Virus record (IMG/VR): IMGVR_UViG_3300032931_001151
Coordinates: 124,001-188,000 of that record
Length of the DNA: 64,000 nucleotides
Direction: 5' to 3' (one strand)
The notes beneath the pieces were generated by a model, which was not told where the DNA came from, searched no databases, and was given only the letters and a program-made list of their open reading frames with translations. Made by a program: the position numbers and the translations under genes. Below are positions 28,090-36,728 of this stretch, one piece after another (the first letter of the stretch is position 1; each line of letters opens with the position of its first letter).

Positions 28090-28662
28090 TTACTTACCTT
28101 TATTGAGGCCCTTATTTGGTTCGTTTAGAGGTCCGTTTACTATTTTTTCGTTACCGGCAAGGCCGAGTATATTACGAACTTTGCTACGGAAATCGGCATA
28201 AGGTTCTGCGCCTTCTTTCGTTTCGCCGGTTTCAACTTTGGTTCCTTTTGCTGCTCCACCCTTTGAGGCTTCTTCAGCGCCTTCACCACGTTTAACGCCA
28301 CCATCTTCACCAGCCGCTTTCTTTGAGCCAATATCAGCTTTCTTTGCTTCGGGTTGGGCATCTTTGACGCCTTCGCCACGAGCAACGGGTTTTACTCCGT
28401 CGCCGGTAGCAGACTTGTCGCCATGCTCGGTTTCATTTTTTACTTCTACTTGTTCGCCCGTTTTTGCTTTTGTTCCAGTTGAGCCGGCTACATCAGCGCC
28501 GCCTGCGGCACCAACTTCACGGCTTACTTCGGTTGGCTTTTTATCGCCATATCCTTTTATGGGTTTAATGCCTTGACCGGCGGGGAGAGTATTGTAAGCT
28601 TCACCTTCGGTTAGATTTTTATAGGCTTTTCTGATTTCGCTGAGAGTTACATCTTCTTGCAT
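28090..28662 (-). CDS. Low-complexity Gly/Lys/Glu/Ala late protein (probable abundant internal head protein)
   Basis: Own late promoter, strong SD and terminator; GC-richer codon usage similar to gp23. Confidence 0.55.
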   Translation of the reverse strand: MQEDVTLSEIRKAYKNLTEGEAYNTLPAGQGIKPIKGYGDKKPTEVSREVGAAGGADVAGSTGTKAKTGEQVEVKNETEHGDKSATGDGVKPVARGEGVKDAQPEAKKADIGSKKAAGEDGGVKRGEGAEEASKGGAAKGTKVETGETKEGAEPYADFRSKVRNILGLAGNEKIVNGPLNEPNKGLNKGK

Positions 28663-28700
28663 TTTATTTCTCCTTAAAGAAGTATTGTTGTTCTAAATAT

Positions 28701-28708
28701 TATTTATA
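28701..28708 (-). promoter_or_regulatory. Late promoter
   Basis: TATAAATA; others in this block at 29772, 33175 and 34343. Confidence 0.7.
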
Positions 28709-28717
28709 TGAGATCGG

Positions 28718-29752
28718 TCAAATTTCATTTGACTCTTTTATGGCTCGTAGAAATAATCTTAAATTTGTTTGATAATTTGAATTTTCTTCCATTTTTATAT
28801 ACTCTTTTATTCCAGCCGATTCAACCCCTTGCTCTCTTGGAACTGGATTATCTATGTCCATTTTTGCTTTAGAAGGAGTAAACTCGGATATGTTAGATCC
28901 TTCAACACCTTGCTCTCTTGGAACTGGATTATCCACGTCCATTTTTACTTTAGAAGGGGCGAATTCTTTTATTCCAGACCCTTCAACACCTTGCTCTCTA
29001 GCCACTTCCGTTGGAGCCTTAGAATTTCCATCTTTATACCAAATAAAATCTTTCTTCTCACCTTTTCTATATAAGTTTTTGCCTTCCGGCTTTATTTGTG
29101 CTATTACCGCAACTTCTTCAGCCTTAATAGACGGATTTGTTAAAGGTTGAGTTGACGGTTCATTAGGAGCTGCGCCCAAAGTTTTTCCATCGTTATTAGA
29201 CCCTACACTATGGACAACATCTGGAGATTTTTCTGAAGTACCATTAGTATACGGTTGCTCTGTTTTTTGAGCTTCATCTAAACTATATGTTTTTGATGGT
29301 GTTGGAATTATATTAGAATCTATATGTTTTGTTGAAGTAGATAAAATATCTTTGTTTTCATGCATAAATTTTTGTACCGATTTTATAGTAGATTTTAATA
29401 TACCCTCAGATAATGAATCAACCCAATTTTTTAATTTAGTTTGAATATCTATAAAAATTGCCTCACTTGAGTCTTCCGATTTAAACTCTCTTAGACTTAA
29501 CTCGCTATTTGAATTATCTAACATAGTTGCATTATACACTATTTTATCTTTATTTTGTTCAATTTGCTCTTTAAGCCCATCCACATATGATTTTAAGTCC
29601 TGATCGGAGTCTTTATTTGTCCAAGAATCTAGTCTTTTGTTTATTATTTGTATAGCTTCATCATAAGATTCCACTTCTTTCTCAAATAGAAGACTTTCAT
29701 CTACTTGAGGTGATGTAACTTGACTAAATGATTCCGGATCGGTAAGTGCCAT
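28718..29752 (-). CDS. Hypothetical late protein with three 27-aa repeats
   Basis: 'REQGVE' repeats at 81-bp spacing; late promoter at 29772. Confidence 0.6.
   Translation of the reverse strand: MALTDPESFSQVTSPQVDESLLFEKEVESYDEAIQIINKRLDSWTNKDSDQDLKSYVDGLKEQIEQNKDKIVYNATMLDNSNSELSLREFKSEDSSEAIFIDIQTKLKNWVDSLSEGILKSTIKSVQKFMHENKDILSTSTKHIDSNIIPTPSKTYSLDEAQKTEQPYTNGTSEKSPDVVHSVGSNNDGKTLGAAPNEPSTQPLTNPSIKAEEVAVIAQIKPEGKNLYRKGEKKDFIWYKDGNSKAPTEVAREQGVEGSGIKEFAPSKVKMDVDNPVPREQGVEGSNISEFTPSKAKMDIDNPVPREQGVESAGIKEYIKMEENSNYQTNLRLFLRAIKESNEI
28800..29010 (-). repeat. 81-bp imperfect tandem coding repeat (about 2.5 copies)
   Basis: TCAAC(C/A)CCTTGCTCTCT recurs at 28821, 28902 and 28983. Confidence 0.85.
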
Positions 29753-29760
29753 AAAAACTC

Positions 29761-30252
29761 CTATTTTACATTATTTATAGTAATCGTTCCATAATGACCG
29801 ATACAAATTGAATCGGCTTTTCCGTCGTGTGGAACTTTACATCTTGCCGATTTTAATAAGTTCATAGTCGGGTATGTATCTTTTACGAAATCTATTGCTC
29901 CACTTTTCTCGTCGTGTATGTATTTTTCACCCAATACATTCTTTTTCCATTTTTGTGGAGATATTTCCTTATATTCTATCCCAAGACACTCACATACCCC
30001 CTTAACCACTCCAACTCCTTCTCCGAAATTCCAAATGGACGTTCTTCCCTGGCCGGCAAATGCATGAACATGTTCCAAGTATACTAATTCAACTTTATTG
30101 GTTTTTAGATAATTAGATAGTTCTTTACCGTTTATTTTATTTTTTCCGTTTTCCTTTTCTTCTATTGGCATAATGATACAATCAATAAGATTTGTATCAT
30201 TAAAGATAGAAATTCCACCACTAAAACCAGGATCAATCCCGCATATAATCAT
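29761..30252 (-). CDS. ruvC: RuvC-like Holliday junction resolvase
   Basis: 'ICGIDPGFSGGI', 'YLEHVH', 'NFGEGVG', 'SPQKWKK', 'HDGKADSICI'. Confidence 0.85.
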   Translation of the reverse strand: MIICGIDPGFSGGISIFNDTNLIDCIIMPIEEKENGKNKINGKELSNYLKTNKVELVYLEHVHAFAGQGRTSIWNFGEGVGVVKGVCECLGIEYKEISPQKWKKNVLGEKYIHDEKSGAIDFVKDTYPTMNLLKSARCKVPHDGKADSICIGHYGTITINNVK

Positions 30253-30267
30253 TTGTTCCCCTAAAAG

Positions 30268-30299
30268 AATAAACCTTCCCGATTAAAGGAAGGTTTATT
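30268..30299 (-). terminator. Intrinsic terminator
   Basis: AATAAACCTTCC/GGAAGGTTTATT stem. Confidence 0.7.
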
Positions 30300-30318
30300 G
30301 TAGTACATTATAGTAAAC

Positions 30319-31275
30319 TTATAGTCCTATATTGGTTCCAATATTAGTTAAACCAATTCCACCTTTGCTCCCGCTTCTATCACCCTCTTCTGCACTCTTT
30401 TTTGCAGTTTCTTCTAATTCTTTTTTCATCATTTCTTCATATGCATTGGATAAGTTACCCATTAATTCGCCACTATTCTCATTATACTCACCTTCGCCAA
30501 CATATCCATATGATTCATCAATAGCGGGATTTCCACGACTCGTGCAAGCATCTTCGTAAACTGAATGAATCTCTTCCATTGAATTTCCGCACATTTCGCC
30601 CAATGATTGTAGTGCGGCACCACGATCTCCATTTTCATGTAGACCATTTGATTTTATGTGATTATATAATTCGTTCTTTTCCATTATACGTGATTCTTGT
30701 TTTGGCATCATTTCGGGTTCCAATTCGGCAGGCCCCCCACAACCTTGGGCAGATTCTACTGAATTCATTTCCATAGTCTCATATATTTTTCTCAAGTCGC
30801 TAACACTATCTTCAAATCTTTCACGGTGTATTTCAACTCCCTCGATATGCTCAACAATCATTTCCGTTGGATTTACTATCATTTTTCTTAGACCACAACG
30901 AAGTCCAAATTTAGCAGAATCTTCGTTTAATTTAATTGATTCAATAATCCACTCACGATTCTTTATATTATTAATACAAACCGTATCACCAACTTTAAAT
31001 TCATTATACGATTCTGCTATTGAGTCGCCGTTTCCAGTCATTGAGCCTCCAAATTTTTTCCCGGTAGATCCTTTTACGCTATGTTTTCCTTTTGCTTTCT
31101 CGTCATCTTCGTCGTCTTCGTCATCTTCATTTCGCAAATTATTACCTTTTAATATTTCCGAATCTTTTACCATATCGTCCTTATCACCTTTTAGTAAAGG
31201 ATCTTGAGTAAAAGGGATAGGACCCTTTTTTACTCCGGCTACTAAATATTCACCTTCTTTAAGTTCTGTTTCCAT
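30319..31275 (-). CDS. Acidic hypothetical protein with SH3/KOW-like domain
   Basis: 'FKVGDTVCI...EWIIESI'; very Glu/Asp-rich. Confidence 0.55.
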   Translation of the reverse strand: METELKEGEYLVAGVKKGPIPFTQDPLLKGDKDDMVKDSEILKGNNLRNEDDEDDEDDEKAKGKHSVKGSTGKKFGGSMTGNGDSIAESYNEFKVGDTVCINNIKNREWIIESIKLNEDSAKFGLRCGLRKMIVNPTEMIVEHIEGVEIHRERFEDSVSDLRKIYETMEMNSVESAQGCGGPAELEPEMMPKQESRIMEKNELYNHIKSNGLHENGDRGAALQSLGEMCGNSMEEIHSVYEDACTSRGNPAIDESYGYVGEGEYNENSGELMGNLSNAYEEMMKKELEETAKKSAEEGDRSGSKGGIGLTNIGTNIGL

Positions 31276-31285
31276 ATATTATCCT

Positions 31286-33133
31286 TTAGGGCTGTACATT
31301 TGAATTGGGTAGGGTGTCTTCTATTGGGGAAATTTCAACATTCGGATTAGGTGCATCTTCGTATGCTATTCCGAATCCCTTTCCGCCGATTCTTTCTTCT
31401 GGGTCAAATGATTTATTTTTTTGTTCGGCGGGAGTTCCGCCTTTTGGCAATTGTATGGCACCGGATTTGTTAAAATTCTTTAAACTACTCGGAGTTCTTT
31501 TTGGGGGAGCAAGAGTTGCTTCCGGATCAAAATTTTCTATACCTTTTTGTTTTGCTTTAAATTTAGTAGGATCAAACATTCTATCTACTTGCAAAAGAGG
31601 AGCAGATTCGCCAATGCTCTTTTCTATCTTTTCCCATTCTTTTCTTAAATTGTCAGTACCACGTTCATAATGGTCTTCCATTTCGTCAAATCCTTGCCTA
31701 TCTGATAATTCTATATTTTCCATATTAGTTTCGGCGGTTTCGCCGTTATCAGACTCAAGCAATACCGTATCGCCTTGTATCTCCATTATAACCCAATGTT
31801 CGTTCTCAAATATTACATCTTGTCCTTGTTTATAATTTCCTAGTGGAATATCTTCAATTTCTCCAGGTTCTTCTTTTTCATCTTCAAATCCTGGATCTCC
31901 GAAATATGCACCTGGGGAATGTTGCGTGAAATTATTATTTGTGTTAAATGCCAACTCAGATTCTTCCGATGGTGGAATTGATGTTTCTGGAGTAAGTAAC
32001 TCGGGATCTATTCTGTCAATATTAGACTCGGTAACGGTTGGATTTTCCATATCTCTAGTGTCTACTTGAGAGTCGCCCATTTCTTTAGTAGACGTGCTTA
32101 TTGATTGATCTTTTTGGACATTTACTTCATCATGGGTAACTAATTCTGCATCTTCTTTCATGTTAATTCCACATTCTTGTAACATATTGCACGCCTCGTC
32201 GCATACGGTTTGCATGTCTTGCTTCATAGAAGTGATATCGCCATGTCCAATATTAGCATTAAGTTGTTCAGAGATAGTATCTACCGCTCTTCTAATATCG
32301 GGAGCACTATAATGTGCATTTACTTCATTTTGTAAATAATCATTAAGATTAGATTGTATATCATTTATAGCAGACTTTAATTTTTCAAGTATTTGAGCCT
32401 CTTGCTCTTCATGATCATGTCCTTCATCGGACCCATATTGTCTTTCTTGTTCTTCCGCATTATTAAGTAGATTTAAGGCATTTTTAAGACCTTCTACGTT
32501 ATTTTTGAGGGTAGCAAGGGCTAAATGCTCTATTTTTTCGGCGGCAGGAGCATTTTGATCAACCATGCCCATTGGATCCATCGCTTGAGAGCCATCTTCG
32601 GCATCAAACGTTTCGCTTGGGGTTTTTATTTCTATATCACTACCGACTCCAATTTCATCCTCATCATCATCATTTCCCACCATCATATTATTTTCTTGCT
32701 CTTCTTCTTCTTCTTCGGGATAATCAAAATCGGCATCATTTGGATTCTGTATATTATGGAATTCTATTAATTTTTCTATGCCTTCCATAATTGCAGAAAA
32801 GTCATACTCTTCTCTTAACCCGGCTTTATAATCCATATATAATTCGGTGGCAATGCTACTTAATCTTTCAATAAAGTCTTTAGTATATTCTGGACCGTCA
32901 TTAATATAGCCCTCTTTTATTTCACCAATAGCCGATGAAATAATAGCATCATTAAGATTTGATCTCATTCTCTTGATTATAGTTTCACAAAATAATCTAT
33001 AGTTTGGGGATGTATATGCTTCGTTGGTTACTTCTGAGAATTCGGAGCCGCAATCGTTACAAACATATTCTTCACTCAACATAGTTGGTGTGAATTCATT
33101 TGTATTTCCGCAGCAAGGACATTTTTTATCCAT
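31286..33133 (-). CDS. Acidic hypothetical protein with N-terminal zinc ribbon and SH3/KOW-like domain
   Basis: 'CPCCG...YVCNDCG'; 'YKQGQDVIFENEHWVIMEI'; late promoter at 33175. Confidence 0.55.
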   Translation of the reverse strand: MDKKCPCCGNTNEFTPTMLSEEYVCNDCGSEFSEVTNEAYTSPNYRLFCETIIKRMRSNLNDAIISSAIGEIKEGYINDGPEYTKDFIERLSSIATELYMDYKAGLREEYDFSAIMEGIEKLIEFHNIQNPNDADFDYPEEEEEEQENNMMVGNDDDEDEIGVGSDIEIKTPSETFDAEDGSQAMDPMGMVDQNAPAAEKIEHLALATLKNNVEGLKNALNLLNNAEEQERQYGSDEGHDHEEQEAQILEKLKSAINDIQSNLNDYLQNEVNAHYSAPDIRRAVDTISEQLNANIGHGDITSMKQDMQTVCDEACNMLQECGINMKEDAELVTHDEVNVQKDQSISTSTKEMGDSQVDTRDMENPTVTESNIDRIDPELLTPETSIPPSEESELAFNTNNNFTQHSPGAYFGDPGFEDEKEEPGEIEDIPLGNYKQGQDVIFENEHWVIMEIQGDTVLLESDNGETAETNMENIELSDRQGFDEMEDHYERGTDNLRKEWEKIEKSIGESAPLLQVDRMFDPTKFKAKQKGIENFDPEATLAPPKRTPSSLKNFNKSGAIQLPKGGTPAEQKNKSFDPEERIGGKGFGIAYEDAPNPNVEISPIEDTLPNSNVQP

Positions 33134-33188
33134 TTTTTAAACTCCCTTTAATGAAGCGTAATAATCTATATTCTTATTTATAATGCTT

Positions 33189-34307
33189 TTAAAATCCTTC
33201 TTCGGTGCCACTAGCCCCTTCGGGTGGAGTTTCGGACGCCGTAGATGATTCGCCACCCGAAGCAGATTCCGCACCACTAGTATCTTCCGGATTGGTTGGT
33301 TCTGCACTAGCACCGGATTCGGCTGACGCACTTCCGCCCGCACCACCACTAGTTGAACTACTAATAACCGGTTTCAATCCTATTTCTTCGCTAACTTCTT
33401 TTTGTGCTTCTTGTTGTCTATCCGAAACCCTATTTTGATATAACTCTCTCAAGTACATCTTTTTTAATAATTCCATAATAAAAATATAGTTTATATCTTT
33501 TTCGTCTTCTTCTTCGTCGCCAAATACCGACAAATCCGGAAATAGTGCTCTAAATGCTAGTAGATATTTCTCTCCCATAACTTTGAAATGTATCGTTCTA
33601 ACTAGATCTAAAATGTTTGCCAATTTATACTTATAACAAAAACTTTTTAATTCGTCCGGGTTTGGTCTTTCAAAATCCATAAGACAAATAGCTTTGATTA
33701 TTTGCCCCGACATTTTAGCATTACCTAAGAACTCAACGGGGGTGGTTTCTTTTGGCCTCCATGTAATAAATCCAATATTTAAATCTTGGTCAGAGAATTT
33801 TTTAGTTATTTCGTCTGTAGCATTATTATTCTCGGGAAAATCGTCAACGCTTAAAACTATTAATATATTTGCTCTTTGAAATGATTTTTTCAAATTATTA
33901 ATAGAATCTTTAAAATTTTCTTCTTTATCCGTATAATTTTGCTTTTCGTCGGTGGCTAATATTAAGTCTTTAAAGTCCAAAGGGAACATTCGTAACCCGA
34001 AAATCTTCGCAGTAATGAATTCTTTTTCGTCGTTAGTTAAATTGTATTTAAACTTATCTAATATAGCAGATTGGGAAGTTTTTTCTTCGTTACATATTAG
34101 ACCAAACTCTACTTTAGGTGAAAACTTATCTTTATGTTGTCCAGTTTGAACTACCTCTTTTATAAATTTCTTAATCTTCTCATGTTCATCCCTTGTAATA
34201 GGATCATATGTTCCACTAAATAATACAACATCCCATTGATCATTAGTTTTGGGTGTGTTGTTATTTATTCCACTCGCATTTCCAAAAAAAGTTTTAAATG
34301 TTGACAT
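33189..34307 (-). CDS. Degenerate cytidylyltransferase-like (HIGH-class) protein
   Basis: 'VVLFSGTYDPITRDEH' resembles the G-x-F-D-P-x-x-x-G-H motif; Ser/Gly/Ala tail; late promoter at 34343. Confidence 0.45.
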   Translation of the reverse strand: MSTFKTFFGNASGINNNTPKTNDQWDVVLFSGTYDPITRDEHEKIKKFIKEVVQTGQHKDKFSPKVEFGLICNEEKTSQSAILDKFKYNLTNDEKEFITAKIFGLRMFPLDFKDLILATDEKQNYTDKEENFKDSINNLKKSFQRANILIVLSVDDFPENNNATDEITKKFSDQDLNIGFITWRPKETTPVEFLGNAKMSGQIIKAICLMDFERPNPDELKSFCYKYKLANILDLVRTIHFKVMGEKYLLAFRALFPDLSVFGDEEEDEKDINYIFIMELLKKMYLRELYQNRVSDRQQEAQKEVSEEIGLKPVISSSTSGGAGGSASAESGASAEPTNPEDTSGAESASGGESSTASETPPEGASGTEEGF

Positions 34308-34319
34308 TATTACCCCGTA

Positions 34320-34676
34320 TTATTTTATATTGCTCAACAAAGTATTTATAAGTTCACGGTCTTTTCTTTTTAAAAATGGGGTCTTTACTAGTTCCCCGCC
34401 AACAACTATAAACTTTTGTCTTGTTAGTAATATATCATTATTTTCCCCTAGACCATAGAAATTCAAAAATTTACTAATTAATATAGCATTGTACACGTCA
34501 TCTTTTGAATTCTTTATAGAATAAATTAATATATCTATAAGCGGAGTTAAATCTTTATCAATATTTTTGAATAATTCCAATAACTCGGTTATCTTACTTT
34601 TAGTTAGAGAATACTCCTTTGCTTCTATATCATCTAACTTTAATTTCAGTTTCTCTTTTATTGAAGATTCTTCCAT
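34320..34676 (-). CDS. Hypothetical protein
   Basis: 118-aa ORF with SD GAGGA and TGGTATAAT upstream. Confidence 0.55.
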   Translation of the reverse strand: MEESSIKEKLKLKLDDIEAKEYSLTKSKITELLELFKNIDKDLTPLIDILIYSIKNSKDDVYNAILISKFLNFYGLGENNDILLTRQKFIVVGGELVKTPFLKRKDRELINTLLSNIK

Positions 34677-34693
34677 AATATTTCCTCATAATT

Positions 34694-34721
34694 TGGTATA
34701 ATAGGTAAGTTAATTATACCA
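34694..34721. promoter_or_regulatory. Overlapping divergent extended -10 promoters
   Basis: Inverted repeat TGGTATAAT...ATTATACCA between divergent genes (34676 minus, 34741 plus). Confidence 0.6.
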
Positions 34722-34740
34722 TATACAAGGAATATATTTT

Positions 34741-35211
34741 ATGGCCGAAAATGATAAGACAAATGAAGAAAAAAAGGCAATATTGGACGAACTTGATAAT
34801 AGATACAATGAAAAATATCAAGAAATAAAAAAAGAAATTGACGAAATGTTTAAAATCAATCAATTTGAATTGGCCGAAGAAAGTGTAAAACATGTATCAA
34901 AAATGCACTTCTATAATAGTAGACTTTCAGAAGAGAAAATGATGTTATTTAAGATTAAAAGAAAGATGGATGAAATTCATGGAGAATTATTTGAGAAATA
35001 TAGATTTAATAATAGTTTTAAAATAACTACTAAGGGTGAAGTAGAGGAATGGATAAATAGAGACATAAAATGGCAGAATATTAATACAAGATATGAAAAT
35101 CAAAAAATAATGGTAGATCATTATCAACGAGTAGTTGAAGCTATTAAGGATAAAGGGTATATGATTAAAAACTTAATTGACTTAAAAAAGATTGAACTAG
35201 GTCTTCGATGA
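34741..35211 (+). CDS. uvsY: Recombination mediator UvsY
   Basis: Helical ~150-aa protein upstream of uvsW; C-terminal 'IKDKGYMIKNLIDLKK' matches the UvsY pattern. Confidence 0.75.
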   Translation: MAENDKTNEEKKAILDELDNRYNEKYQEIKKEIDEMFKINQFELAEESVKHVSKMHFYNSRLSEEKMMLFKIKRKMDEIHGELFEKYRFNNSFKITTKGEVEEWINRDIKWQNINTRYENQKIMVDHYQRVVEAIKDKGYMIKNLIDLKKIELGLR

Positions 35212-36728
35212 GTCTAATTAGCAAAGATATATACATCGTAAAACTCAATAACGTTTGGGGTCAAATTTCATGTGAAGACTATGAAGTTATTGAAGGTGCA
35301 TATCAACAATTTGGTTTATTTGCAGATGGATATTTCTTTGATAAAAGATATAAGGCTGGTATATGGGATGGAAAGGTTCGAGGAGTTAGAAGAGATGGAA
35401 CGTTCTATCTTGGATTATATAAAGAAGTTAAAGACTATCTTGAAAAACAATCAGAATATTCATTACAAATAGATCCAAAGTTTATTTCTACCATTGAAGA
35501 TAAAGAAGAGTTAAAAGATGACTTAGTGATAGTTACTAATAAGATGTTAGATTCTGTTAAATGTGATCTCTCTCCTAGATATTATCAATGGCGGGCCGCA
35601 CTTAAGGCATATTATTATAAAAGAATGATAGTAGAGCATTGTACTAGTGCGGGTAAGTCATTAACTATTGCTATTATAATAAATTACATATTACATAAAA
35701 ATCCAAATTTTAAAATATTAATATTAGTCCCAAGGCTTGATCTTGTTGAACAAATGACCGAAGATTATACTAAATATGGAATTGATCCTAGTAAAATGGG
35801 AAAATTTACCGGAGAATTTAAAGATTTTAATGAACAAATAATAGTTAGTACTTGGCAAAGCATGAACTCTCAAAAATTTCTTTTGGGTAAATTTAATGCT
35901 ATTATAGCTGACGAATGTCACTCTTTAAAAGCTTCCGTAGTTAGATCGGTTGCGGAAGATGCTATTAATGCTGAGTATCGGATAGGAATGACTGGTACTA
36001 TGCCTGATCCGCCGGCAGAGCAAATGCTAATTAAAGGAGTTTTAGGTTTCGTCGGTGATATAGTTAAAGTAGCCGAATTGGCCGAACAAAAAATGATTGC
36101 GATACCGAAAATACATATACCTTATTTGAAATACTCTAAAGAAGATGTTAAGTCTATAGTGTCAGCACAAAAGAATCTTGAAGGAAGAGACGCTTATAGG
36201 TTTGAACAAGAGTTTTTATTTAATCACGATAAAAGAAATGAATTAATTTATAAAATAACTAAAAAGTTCATTCAACGAAAGCAAAATATTCTTATATTAG
36301 TTTCTAAACATGACCATTGTGAAAAAATTAAAGAAAAGTTAATGAGTAGGGGTATTATACCACTAGTAGTCACGGGCGAATTAAAAGATATGGGTGAAAG
36401 AAATAGAATTAGAAAATCATTAGAAGATGAAGGCGGGCAAGTCATATTAGCAACGGTTGGCGTTTATTCAACCGGTATTTCAATTAAGAGACTACATGCT
36501 ATAATATTTGCGGCGGCAGGTAAAAGTAAAATCCAAACATTACAATCTGTTGGTAGAGGTCTTAGACTAGATAAGAGGAATGACAAAACTCAATTATACC
36601 TTTACGACTTTGCCGATGATTTGAAATATTCTAATGACGGGTTAACAACCCGAATGGAATATTATGCTAGAAATGAGTTTAATGTTAAAATTAAGGAAAT
36701 AGATCTTTATGCCGAAATTCCAGAATAA
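35208..36728 (+). CDS. uvsW: SF2 helicase UvsW
   Basis: 'WDGK', 'TSAGKS', 'STWQS', 'DECH', 'GMTGT', 'LQSVGRGLR'. Confidence 0.93.
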   Translation: MSLISKDIYIVKLNNVWGQISCEDYEVIEGAYQQFGLFADGYFFDKRYKAGIWDGKVRGVRRDGTFYLGLYKEVKDYLEKQSEYSLQIDPKFISTIEDKEELKDDLVIVTNKMLDSVKCDLSPRYYQWRAALKAYYYKRMIVEHCTSAGKSLTIAIIINYILHKNPNFKILILVPRLDLVEQMTEDYTKYGIDPSKMGKFTGEFKDFNEQIIVSTWQSMNSQKFLLGKFNAIIADECHSLKASVVRSVAEDAINAEYRIGMTGTMPDPPAEQMLIKGVLGFVGDIVKVAELAEQKMIAIPKIHIPYLKYSKEDVKSIVSAQKNLEGRDAYRFEQEFLFNHDKRNELIYKITKKFIQRKQNILILVSKHDHCEKIKEKLMSRGIIPLVVTGELKDMGERNRIRKSLEDEGGQVILATVGVYSTGISIKRLHAIIFAAAGKSKIQTLQSVGRGLRLDKRNDKTQLYLYDFADDLKYSNDGLTTRMEYYARNEFNVKIKEIDLYAEIPE

